From: Candidatus Eisenbacteria bacterium RBG_16_71_46
GTDB lineage: Bacteria; Eisenbacteria; RBG-16-71-46
NCBI GenBank assembly: GCA_001780165.1
Contig: MFFQ01000023.1
Coordinates: 5,215 to 69,214, forward strand
Direction: 5' to 3'
DNA: 64,000 nucleotides
Below, in pieces: positions 21,915 through 30,639 of the stretch. Positions within the stretch are counted from its first letter, which is position 1. Each line of letters opens with the position of its first letter. Made by a program: the position numbers and the translations under genes. Below the pieces are notes generated by a model. It saw only the letters and a program-made list of their open reading frames with translations, made no database searches and was not told the origin of the DNA.

Positions 21915-23486
21915 TCAGCGCAGCAGGACGCAGGGCTTCCAGGCGGAGGTTCCGCCGTAGTCGATCCGGTACCGATACACGCCGCTGGGGAGCCCCGCGC
22001 CCCGCAGGGTCGCCTGGTGGAGGCCGGCGGAGAGCTCGCCGTCGACGAGCCGCGCGATCTCACGACCCGCCACGTCGTAGACCGTGAGGCGCACGTGTCC
22101 CGGCTGTGCCAGACGGAAACGGATCGTGGTGGCGCTGGAGAACGGATTGGGCTCGCTGCGATGGAGCTCGAGCCGCCCGGCCCCGGGCGCCGGGCGGGGC
22201 ACGTCCGTGGTCTGAACGAAGCCCGCGCGATCCAGGCCGAGCTGGATTTCGGGGCTCTGCATGAAGCGGTTCCACACCGACTGGGTCGCGTAGTTCTCGA
22301 TCATCAGGATGATCGGGCCCTGGTCGATGCCGATGACGTCGGTGGCCCACCACCCCAGCGTGAGATTGAACCCGTCGCGGAAGCCGTAGGGACCCCACAG
22401 GGAGGCCTTGTAGTTGTCGTAGAGGTTGGCGATCGTCGGGATCACGACCTCGGGCGCGAACGGGATCGAACCGATCGCCGCGGTGGGCGTGATCGTTCCG
22501 TTGTCGCCCTCGGGCGGGGGCGCGCCGCGCGCGGCGTAGCCGTAGGGCCCGTCCCCGGCGGTGAGCCCCCACAGGACGTCGCTGTAGCCGGTGAACCCGC
22601 CCGGGTTCGCGATGCAGTAGGCGCGCTGGGCAAGCGTCGCGCGGCGGGAATTCTCGAAGTAGTCGATGCCCGTGCCCATCATGTAGGCGTCCTGCTTGCC
22701 GCGGAAGTCGATCCAGCAGTGCGAGTACTGGTGGCCGAACAGGGGCGGGAAGCGCACGTAGGAGTAGCCGTACTGGGTGTGCCAGATGTAGCCGCTGGTC
22801 CAGGCCGACCAGGCCGAGGGCGCCACCGCGTGCGTCGGCGAGCCCAGCGCCAGGATGTAGAGGATCATCGCCTCGTTGTAGCCGATCCACTGGCCGAAGC
22901 CGCTGAAGCCGGTACCCGGCTTCCACCCCATGAGGATCCCGGGGTTGAAGTTCTGCATGAACTTCCAGTTCACGCGCCGGTAGATCTGATCGGCCAGGAT
23001 GCGGATCTGATCCTCGGTGGGGTCGACGGCGTCGAAGTACCGCCCGGCGTCGAGGATCCCCGCAAGCAGGAGTGCGGTGTCGATGGAGGACAGCTCGGTC
23101 GTGCCGGACCGCGTCGCCGTGTTCATGTCGAGGAAGTGGTAGAAGAAGCCCTGGTAGCCGATGGTGCCGCTCGCGGCACTGCTCTGCGGCCCGTTCCAGA
23201 ACGTCTGCAGGGTGGTGAGCACCCGGCTCGCCGCGGCCGGACGCGAGACCCAACCGTGGTCCACGCCGACGCAGATGGCGGAGAGCCCGAAGCCGACCGA
23301 GGCGATGCTGCACGGCGACCCCGGGGTACTGCGGTCGCGGATCAGGCCGTTCGCGGGGTTGGCCTCGGTCCAGAAGAACTGGAACGCGGTGCGCTCCAGG
23401 CTGTCGAGCATGGCGCCGGTGGTTTCGGCCCGGGCCATGGGGGCGACGGCGAGGAGCAGGACGAGGGTGGTCAGGATGCGCTTCAT
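21915..23486 (-). CDS. DUF3131 / GH144-like (alpha/alpha)6 glycoside hydrolase (putative endo-beta-1,2-glucanase family), secreted via T9SS C-terminal domain
   Basis: Signal peptide; conserved GFFYHFLD, GYNEAMILY, IDYFENSRRATL, GIDQGPI blocks shared with paralogue 40551-42056; C-terminal NPFSSATTIRF...YDVAGREIARL...SGVYRYRI CTD. Confidence 0.7.
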   Translation of the reverse strand: MKRILTTLVLLLAVAPMARAETTGAMLDSLERTAFQFFWTEANPANGLIRDRSTPGSPCSIASVGFGLSAICVGVDHGWVSRPAAASRVLTTLQTFWNGPQSSAASGTIGYQGFFYHFLDMNTATRSGTTELSSIDTALLLAGILDAGRYFDAVDPTEDQIRILADQIYRRVNWKFMQNFNPGILMGWKPGTGFSGFGQWIGYNEAMILYILALGSPTHAVAPSAWSAWTSGYIWHTQYGYSYVRFPPLFGHQYSHCWIDFRGKQDAYMMGTGIDYFENSRRATLAQRAYCIANPGGFTGYSDVLWGLTAGDGPYGYAARGAPPPEGDNGTITPTAAIGSIPFAPEVVIPTIANLYDNYKASLWGPYGFRDGFNLTLGWWATDVIGIDQGPIILMIENYATQSVWNRFMQSPEIQLGLDRAGFVQTTDVPRPAPGAGRLELHRSEPNPFSSATTIRFRLAQPGHVRLTVYDVAGREIARLVDGELSAGLHQATLRGAGLPSGVYRYRIDYGGTSAWKPCVLLR

Positions 23487-23539
23487 GAGAGCCTTTCATG
23501 GCGGCGCCGTGCGCCGGGATGCAGGAGCGGGCTGCCGCG

Positions 23540-24577
23540 CTAGAACGTGACGCCCACCGTCAGTCGATGCGTTGCCTCCAAGCGGCCCTGGTCGGCCCAG
23601 GCGTAGTCGAGGCGATAGTGGAAGGTGTCGAGCCCTCCCTGGACCCCGGCTCCGAGCGTGAGGCCCACTTCCGAATCCTCCTGGAACAGGCTCTGGTAGC
23701 CCGCTCGCAGGGCAATCATCTCACGAATGGTCAGCTCCGCGCCGAGGCTCGCGCTCTCGGTGTTGTCGCTGGGGTGCGCGACGTCCGCCACCACCAGGAG
23801 CCGGGAGCGCCCCGCGAGCCGATAGGGCATCCCGAGCCCCACCCGGAAGACCTGCGGCAGCGAGTAGTTCTGGGTGTAGCGCTCGCCGGGCAGCGTGTTG
23901 TTGTCCCCCAAGCGCGAGGGGTCGTTGTCGTAGTCGATGCGCAGGTCGAGGCCGCTGAAGCGCTCGCTGGTCCCGAAGTTCGACAGGCTGGCGCCGATGA
24001 GCAGGCCGTTGGGCGAGAGCTGGTAGAGCGTGCCGACGTTCAGCGTGAACGTGCTCGCCGAGGTGTGCCAGATCGTCTCCTGGACGAAGTTGATCTGGGC
24101 GCCCGCGGCGACGCGGTCGGTGATCTGGAATCCGTACCCGACGCCGAGCGCCACGTTGGTCACGCTGTAGCGCTCGCCCGTGCCGAGCGGCTGCGTGACC
24201 GTGCGGACCTCGATCTCCCCCGAATTCAGCGCCGTGACGCTGGCGACGGCGTTGCCCCAGCGCCCGAGCGGCACCGTCATCGCCGCATGGTCGAAGCGGA
24301 TGCCCGCCAGCCAATCGGCGCGAGAGAAGGCCAGCTCGTAGCGATCGAGATGGCCGATGACTCCGGGGTTGTAGTAGACCGCCTGGAGACCGTCGACGAT
24401 GGAGACCCCCGCATTGCCCATTCCGGTGATGCGGGCGCTGGGCTCGATGAGCAGGAACTGGCCCACCGCCGTGCCGGTCTTGGTCTGGGCCGAGGCTGGC
24501 GCCGCGCTCGAGGCCAGGGCCGCGAGGGTCGCCAGCGCCGCGAGCAGGGTCCGGTTCATGGGCGGTCGCTTCCTCAC
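23540..24577 (-). CDS. Outer-membrane beta-barrel protein (PorV/PorQ/PorP-like, T9SS-associated), ATGA-coupled to the upstream surface protein
   Basis: Signal peptide ...ASSAAPASAQ; alternating amphipathic beta strands; C-terminal ...TVGVTF. Confidence 0.55.
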   Translation of the reverse strand: MRKRPPMNRTLLAALATLAALASSAAPASAQTKTGTAVGQFLLIEPSARITGMGNAGVSIVDGLQAVYYNPGVIGHLDRYELAFSRADWLAGIRFDHAAMTVPLGRWGNAVASVTALNSGEIEVRTVTQPLGTGERYSVTNVALGVGYGFQITDRVAAGAQINFVQETIWHTSASTFTLNVGTLYQLSPNGLLIGASLSNFGTSERFSGLDLRIDYDNDPSRLGDNNTLPGERYTQNYSLPQVFRVGLGMPYRLAGRSRLLVVADVAHPSDNTESASLGAELTIREMIALRAGYQSLFQEDSEVGLTLGAGVQGGLDTFHYRLDYAWADQGRLEATHRLTVGVTF

Positions 24578-27500
24578 TTGATGATCGCGAACTTGCCAAC
24601 GTGGGTGCCCAACCCGGGCGCCTCGACGTGGAAGATGTAGAGACCCGGCGCGACGTCCAGATTGTCCTTCGTCCGCAGGTTCCAGGCGATGAATCCGTCG
24701 AGGGACCCGTCGTGGCGCAAGCTCTGCACCAAATCACCGCGGACGGTGTAGATGCGGATGGTGCAGGTCTGCGGCAACCCGCGGAACTCGATGCGCCGGT
24801 CCCCCCGCCCCGAGATCGCGAACCGCGAGGGCTCGAAGCTCGCCGCCTCGATGTAGGGGTTGGGAACAACGTAGGGCGCCTGGGTGAACTCGGAGCCGGC
24901 GCGCGCGGCATCCACGCGCTGGCCGCGGGTGTCGAACGCGTACACGTCGGCGGCGCCGAGCGGCAGGATCAGATCGAGATCGTAGACGTCGCCGAGCCGC
25001 GGAGGGAATATCGGGCCGCGCGCGCCCTGCCCGAGGGTGTCGAGCTGGACGCGCCAGGTGATCAGCGAATCGAGCCGCGTGATGTTCGGCACGCGGGTCA
25101 AGATGTCGACGTATTCGTCCGCCCGACTGAGCGTGCCGTCGTTGTCCAGGTCGCGGAAGCGGAAGTCGAGCTGGCGGTCTCCACCCGCGGTGTGGGCCAG
25201 GATCAGGAATTTCGCCGGCTTGGCGGCGATCGGGAAGATGAGCTGCCCGGTGTCGCGCACGACGTCGTCGAACACGACGCTGATGTCGTCCGGAAAACCC
25301 TCGCGCCGCAAGTCGATGGGCTGCACCGGCTGGTACAGCGTCTTGATCCGCGTGTTGGTCGGGCTGCCCGGCCGGTATCCCGAGCGGGTCTCGTCCACCT
25401 GGACCTGCCGGGGGCTCTGGGTGACGATCGGGAGCAGGCCCGCCCCGGTCGGCCCGATCCCCAACCCGTCGAGGTCGGAACCGGTCTCGAAGAGGATCGT
25501 CCCCGCCGTGCTGTCCTCGAGGGAGTAAGAGGTCGCGGCGATGCTCTGCTCGCTCGGAGCGGCGAACGTGATCTTGAACACGTGACCGTCCGGCACCTGG
25601 TTGGAGTTGACCACCTTCACCGCCACCGTGCCGGTTCCCCCGCCGGCGATGTGGGCGGCCGCGGTCACCGCGGCGCCGTCGAATCCCAGCACCCGCAGGT
25701 TTGGTCGCACGCGGACCACGTTGGGCGGGAGGATGAGCCCGCCGCGCGGAGTGCGCGTGATCGGGGCAATGGCATTCTCGGACGGGAAGATCGCGATGGA
25801 ATCGGCGTAAGGGACGGTCTCGTACCCGAAGTCGAAGGCGGTCACCGAGTAGTAGTACTCCTGGCCGTTGGTGACCGTTGAATCGGTCCAGGTGTGGGTG
25901 ATCCCCGAGTCGTCCCCGAGGTAGAAGGCGACGCCTTCGATGTTCTTGCGCGTGTAGCTCTTGAGCCCGTCGGCGAGGTCGAACTGGACCGCCGGCTTGC
26001 GCAGCCCGATGTCGTTGCCGCGCGCGGTGGTGATGACCTCCGGGTCGCGGAATTCGGGGTCGGTCGAGCGGTAGATCTTGTAGCCCTCGAAGTCGCGCAG
26101 GTGGGTCACCGGATCGACCCCGCGCTCGGCGGCGTCGTCCCACGACAGCCGCACGTAGCGGTCGCCGGCCTCGGCGGTCACCGTCGGCACCGGGGGAGGC
26201 ACGGCGAACTGGTAGTTGGCATTGTAGATTTGCTGCACGGTTGCGACCGTGGTGCGCAGCTGCTCGAGGTCGGCGCCGTAGGCGAGGGCGAGGCTGAAGC
26301 GCTCGGTCTTGCCAGCCTTGAGCCGGAAGGGACCCGAGGCGAACAGGAACGCGATGTTGTAGTTCGAGGCCAACGCGGAGTCGAAGCGCGCGGGGGTGAA
26401 GGGATTCGTGAACTTGTCCCAGAGTTTCTCCGGCCAGTTGTTGCTGTCGGTGTAGAACACGATGCCGTCCACCTGCGGGTTGGGATTGCCCTGGCCGGCG
26501 CGGATGCGGTTCTGCTTGAAGCCGGTGAGCCCGATCTGGTCGGACTCGTTGAGGTCGGTCTGGTCGAAGTTGGGCTCCCCCGCGGTCGGGATGCCGTCGC
26601 TCTCGCCGGTGTCGTGGGTGTCCTCCACGCCGTCCGCGCCGACGTCGTCGAACTCGCGGTCCCAGTCCAGGTCCTCGTCGCCCGGATACCAGCGGCCGGC
26701 CTTGTAGCCGGGCAGCTGTTCGAGCGGACCGTAGGCGCGCTCGAACTTGACGATGTCGTAGTGCGCCAGGACCGAGTCGCGAATCGCCTGCTGGCCGACG
26801 ACGACATGGAGCGTGTCCGGCCCGCTGTCGCGCCGCTCGTCGATGATGCCGTCGTCGTCGTTGTCGATGCCGTCGAAAGGATTTCCGGGGGTCTCGAGGT
26901 AGGCGTAGCCGAGGTAGCCAGTCCGGGAGCAGTTGCCCGCCAGGTCCACGCCGTGGCCGAAGCGATCCCAGGTGTAGACCAGGTTGAGCCGCGACCCGGT
27001 GGAGGCGTAGGAGCGGTCCCAGAACGCGTTGTCGTCGTCGGATTCGAAGATGCCGTCGCACGAGATTTGCGAGCCGCCGACGCCCGAGTCCATGTAGAGG
27101 CCGAAGATGATGTCGTCGTCGTAGTCGGTCGTGCCCTCGTTGGTGATATCGTAGAGCCAGAAGACGACGTTCCCCGCCTGGGGATTGGCCCACTGGAGGC
27201 CCCGCACCTGGATGCGCAGGCCGAGGCCGCGCCGCGTCAGGTCGGTGCTGTCGGGGAAGTAGTCCCAGGCGTCGTAGAACTGGTCGTCCATGATCGAGAA
27301 GCTCTCCTGGTCGGCGGCGGGACGCTTGCCGAAGTAGCCGTTCCAGCTGCCCTCCCAGCCCGGGTCGTCCGGGTCGTCCAGCTTGTCGGGCCACGACGGC
27401 GGCCAGGTGCGCGGGTCGTTGCTGATCGCCGGAGAGCGCGCCTGGTTGATGCGCGGATCGGCCTGGAAGTAACCGGGGCGCGGCTCGAAGCGCATGACGC

Positions 27501-27882
27501 GGTTGAAGTAGGGGCTGTTGCCCTGCCGCTCGCGATACCCGGTCTCCATGATGAAGGACTCCTGGCCGTCGCGCTGCTTGATCTTGGCCAGGACGAACGG
27601 CGTGATGCCGTCGGTGTAGTTCATGCCCGAACCCTTGGGCACCTCGGCCGAGTGGAAGACGCTGAGGTCGACGTTGCCGGGGTCCGGCGGGTAGTCGCCG
27701 ACCATGCCGAAGTTCCAGAAGACGGTGCGGATGTTCGCGGCATCGTGGAATCCGGAGCGCTCGGCGTCGCTCCTGCCGCGCTCCTCGGGAGGCGGACTCG
27801 AACCCGGCGTCGAGCCGGCCGGCGCGGACGCGAGCATCAGGACGAGGGCCGCGACGGCGAGGCCCGAGCGACCGCGGATCAT
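24574..27882 (-). CDS. Large (1102 aa) T9SS-sorted surface protein with FN3-like region and acidic Dx[DN]xDG calcium-binding-type repeats; possible SusD/E/F functional analogue
   Basis: Signal peptide; YKIYRSTDPEF FN3 signature; D-rich repeats; C-terminal ...RIYTVRGDLV...GLYIFHV...KFAIIK CTD; ATGA overlaps on both sides. Confidence 0.7.
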   Translation of the reverse strand: MIRGRSGLAVAALVLMLASAPAGSTPGSSPPPEERGRSDAERSGFHDAANIRTVFWNFGMVGDYPPDPGNVDLSVFHSAEVPKGSGMNYTDGITPFVLAKIKQRDGQESFIMETGYRERQGNSPYFNRVMRFEPRPGYFQADPRINQARSPAISNDPRTWPPSWPDKLDDPDDPGWEGSWNGYFGKRPAADQESFSIMDDQFYDAWDYFPDSTDLTRRGLGLRIQVRGLQWANPQAGNVVFWLYDITNEGTTDYDDDIIFGLYMDSGVGGSQISCDGIFESDDDNAFWDRSYASTGSRLNLVYTWDRFGHGVDLAGNCSRTGYLGYAYLETPGNPFDGIDNDDDGIIDERRDSGPDTLHVVVGQQAIRDSVLAHYDIVKFERAYGPLEQLPGYKAGRWYPGDEDLDWDREFDDVGADGVEDTHDTGESDGIPTAGEPNFDQTDLNESDQIGLTGFKQNRIRAGQGNPNPQVDGIVFYTDSNNWPEKLWDKFTNPFTPARFDSALASNYNIAFLFASGPFRLKAGKTERFSLALAYGADLEQLRTTVATVQQIYNANYQFAVPPPVPTVTAEAGDRYVRLSWDDAAERGVDPVTHLRDFEGYKIYRSTDPEFRDPEVITTARGNDIGLRKPAVQFDLADGLKSYTRKNIEGVAFYLGDDSGITHTWTDSTVTNGQEYYYSVTAFDFGYETVPYADSIAIFPSENAIAPITRTPRGGLILPPNVVRVRPNLRVLGFDGAAVTAAAHIAGGGTGTVAVKVVNSNQVPDGHVFKITFAAPSEQSIAATSYSLEDSTAGTILFETGSDLDGLGIGPTGAGLLPIVTQSPRQVQVDETRSGYRPGSPTNTRIKTLYQPVQPIDLRREGFPDDISVVFDDVVRDTGQLIFPIAAKPAKFLILAHTAGGDRQLDFRFRDLDNDGTLSRADEYVDILTRVPNITRLDSLITWRVQLDTLGQGARGPIFPPRLGDVYDLDLILPLGAADVYAFDTRGQRVDAARAGSEFTQAPYVVPNPYIEAASFEPSRFAISGRGDRRIEFRGLPQTCTIRIYTVRGDLVQSLRHDGSLDGFIAWNLRTKDNLDVAPGLYIFHVEAPGLGTHVGKFAIIK

Positions 27883-30542
27883 GGCGTGCGCCCCGCGCCG
27901 AACGTCACACCGGCCTCGATGCGGCGCGGCGCGTAGAAGCGGGTCGGATCCTCGAGGGCGGCCAGGTCTCTCGACGGGTCGCGCGAGTAGTAGGGGCTGC
28001 CGGTGCTGTTGAAGACCGACCCGTTGAAGAAGCGGGTGTCGAAGGCGTTGAACACCCGGCCGAAGAGGCTCCCCCGCAGACCGCCGACGTTGAGCCGTTT
28101 CTCGGCCCGCAGGTCGAGTGCCAGCGCGTCGGGCTTGCGACCCGAGTTGGTCTCCTGGCCGCCGCCGAAGATCGCCGTGATCGTCGGCGTGTAGGGCTGC
28201 CCGCTGGCCACTCTCAGGATCGCGCTGAGGTTGAAGTCCTCGGGCCGCGCGAGGGTGACGGTCATGTTGAGCGTGTGCCGCTGGTCCCAGTCGAGCGGGA
28301 CCTCGCGCGGGCGCGGATCTTCCTTGTTCTCGGCCCGGGTTGCGGTCTCGCGCGGGTCGCTGGAGTTGCCCTCGGCGATCTGCCAGGTGTAGTCGAGCGA
28401 CGCGCTGAGGAGCCCGATCGCGCGCTGGTCCAGGCTCACGGTGAACCCGACGACGTTGCCGAAGTCGACGTTCGTGAGTCGCGTATACTCGGCATCGTTG
28501 TAGGTGGAGATGAACTCGACTCCGAGCAGGTCGCGAATGTCCTTGTAGAAGATGTTCACGTCGAGCCCGAGCCGGTCATTCAGCTCCTGCTTGTAGCCGA
28601 ACTGGTACTGGACGGTTTTCTCCGGCTTGACGTCGGGGTTTCCGAGCACCCCGTACTTGCCCAGGTTGTCCACGGCCTGGAGCCGTTCGAGCACCGTGTA
28701 GTCCGCGTTCGAATAGATGTCGCCGAGCGGGGGCATCTGGGTGAAGTGTCCGTAGGCGAAGTACACCGCGGCCTTGTGGGTGATCGGATACGAGACCCCG
28801 ATCCGCGGCATCAGCGAGACCTTGGGGGTCGCCGCGCGCGGGACCGAAACCGGGGCGCCCTGGATCGCGTTCGCGGGATTGCTCAGATCGCTCGGCAGCC
28901 ACGCACGCGGATCGAAGACCTCGAGCCGCAGCCCGGCGCGGAGCCGGAGATCGCTCCAGTCGATGTCGTCCTGGGCGTAGGTGGCGCCGATGAGCGGGCG
29001 GTAGGTGCGGACCCCCGGAAAATCGGGCGGCTGGTTTTGGATCCGCTGGAGCGTCTCCGTCCCCCCCTCCTGGTTGAAGACCAGGCTCCCGTCTTTCCCG
29101 AACGACAGCCACGGCACCTGCAGCTCGGCCCCGACCTTGACCAGATGCTCTCGCGTGACCTGGCTCACCGCGGAGGCATCGAAGACGAATGCGCTCGTCT
29201 GCTGCCGGTAGCGGGTGAAGTCCACGCCCTGGACGAAGACCCCGTCGGGGATGAATGGATAGCTCCGCGGCGGACCGGCGAGGTAGCGGGGATCGTAGAG
29301 GTCGTCGTGGGCCATGTCCCGGTAGTCGATGAGATTCTGCCGGAGGCTGAGCTTGTAGTAGGACGCCTTGCTCAGCGTGTGGGTCCAGTCCAACCCGTGC
29401 ACGATCGAGAACGTGCGTTGCTTGGCGAGCCCGTCGGGATCGAAGCGGTACAGGTAGCTGCTCCTCCGCGCCTCGATGACGTTGAGGATCGCCTGGTAGT
29501 TGAGCTCCACGTCCGGGATCGAGCGATTGGTCAACTTGGCCACCCCGGACCATTCGCGGGAGTGGCCGAGCGTGACGTCGCCGAAGTCGCCCGAGGGCTG
29601 AAGGACACCATTGGAGTCGGGGCGGTCCGTGGGCCGGAAGACGCGGATTCCCCGGACGTAGTCGTCGAACAGGTAGCGGCGCCCGCTGAGCAGGAAGACC
29701 GTCTTGGGCAGCGGCGCCGGGCCGGTCAGCGTGAGCTGGTAGTTCTGGATCCCCGACGGCTGCCAGTCGAATTCAACGTTGCGGCGGTCCCCGCCGAAGA
29801 CGAAGCCCCCGGAAAACGCCTCGCCCGACCAGTCGAACCTCTCCGTGCCGCGCTTGAGGACGGCATTCACCACGCCGCTCATCGCCTGTCCGTACTCGGC
29901 GTCGAAGGTGCCGCTGACGATCTGCACCTCCTCGAGCAGCGAACGATCGAGGCGCACGGTCGAGGCATTGTTGAACAGGTTGTTTACGGTGACCCCGTCC
30001 ACCTGGTACTGGACCTCCCCGGTCCGCCCGCCGCGGAAGTGCCCATCGACCACGCCGGCCTGCAGGTTGACCACGTCCTGCAGCTCCTGCACCGGCAGGT
30101 TCTCGATCTGCTGGCGGCTCAAGGTGGCGATGTTGCTGGTGAGATTGACGTCCACGACCGGTCGCGTGGCGGTGATGACGATCTCCTCCATCGGGAGCGG
30201 GGCTTCCACCAGGGTCAGGTCGAGACGCGTCGTCTGGTCCGAGGTGACCACGACGTCCTCCACCGCGACCGGCCGATAGCCGATGAGATTGAACCTCACA
30301 CGGTAGGTTCCGGCGGGGATGTTGAGCACGCTGTAGCGGCCGTCGAGATCGGTGACCGCCCCGAGCCGGGCCTCCGGAATGGCCACGTTGGCGCCGGCCA
30401 GCGGCTCCTTCCTGCCGTCCACCACCACCCCGACGAGCTTCCCCGTGGTGCCCGCGTGGGCGGCGCACGGAAACGCGAGCAGCAGAAGGGCTGCACGAGC
30501 CGCCGCGCCGCCCGACGTCCATCCGCGCTCCCGCCGATCCAT
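27879..30542 (-). CDS. SusC-like TonB-dependent receptor with N-terminal carboxypeptidase-regulatory-like domain
   Basis: Signal peptide; GKLVGVVVD...LDGRYSV...AGTYRVRFNLIGYRP then plug and barrel; 887 aa. Confidence 0.8.
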   Translation of the reverse strand: MDRRERGWTSGGAAARAALLLLAFPCAAHAGTTGKLVGVVVDGRKEPLAGANVAIPEARLGAVTDLDGRYSVLNIPAGTYRVRFNLIGYRPVAVEDVVVTSDQTTRLDLTLVEAPLPMEEIVITATRPVVDVNLTSNIATLSRQQIENLPVQELQDVVNLQAGVVDGHFRGGRTGEVQYQVDGVTVNNLFNNASTVRLDRSLLEEVQIVSGTFDAEYGQAMSGVVNAVLKRGTERFDWSGEAFSGGFVFGGDRRNVEFDWQPSGIQNYQLTLTGPAPLPKTVFLLSGRRYLFDDYVRGIRVFRPTDRPDSNGVLQPSGDFGDVTLGHSREWSGVAKLTNRSIPDVELNYQAILNVIEARRSSYLYRFDPDGLAKQRTFSIVHGLDWTHTLSKASYYKLSLRQNLIDYRDMAHDDLYDPRYLAGPPRSYPFIPDGVFVQGVDFTRYRQQTSAFVFDASAVSQVTREHLVKVGAELQVPWLSFGKDGSLVFNQEGGTETLQRIQNQPPDFPGVRTYRPLIGATYAQDDIDWSDLRLRAGLRLEVFDPRAWLPSDLSNPANAIQGAPVSVPRAATPKVSLMPRIGVSYPITHKAAVYFAYGHFTQMPPLGDIYSNADYTVLERLQAVDNLGKYGVLGNPDVKPEKTVQYQFGYKQELNDRLGLDVNIFYKDIRDLLGVEFISTYNDAEYTRLTNVDFGNVVGFTVSLDQRAIGLLSASLDYTWQIAEGNSSDPRETATRAENKEDPRPREVPLDWDQRHTLNMTVTLARPEDFNLSAILRVASGQPYTPTITAIFGGGQETNSGRKPDALALDLRAEKRLNVGGLRGSLFGRVFNAFDTRFFNGSVFNSTGSPYYSRDPSRDLAALEDPTRFYAPRRIEAGVTFGAGRTP

Positions 30543-30578
30543 GCCGAGTCGACCGTCCGCCGTTCGATTTCCGAAACG

Positions 30579-30616
30579 CGCCCGGCGGGACGGGTGCGAG
30601 CGTCCGTCCCGCCGGG
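30579..30616 (-). terminator. Perfect 14-bp GC hairpin (GCCCGGCGGGACGG ... CCGTCCCGCCGGGC) between the CBM9-like gene and the TonB receptor gene; partial terminator/attenuator candidate
   Basis: Inverted repeat read directly; followed on the mRNA strand by GCGUUUCGGAAAUCG. Confidence 0.35.
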
Positions 30617-30639
30617 CCCTTCCGCAGTACCCGCGTGGA

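Noticed and set aside
17857-21960. 1367-aa plus-strand ORF
   Set aside because: Antisense to the well-supported GH94 gene (GDWNDG motif on the minus strand); composition R/A/G/P-biased; spurious.
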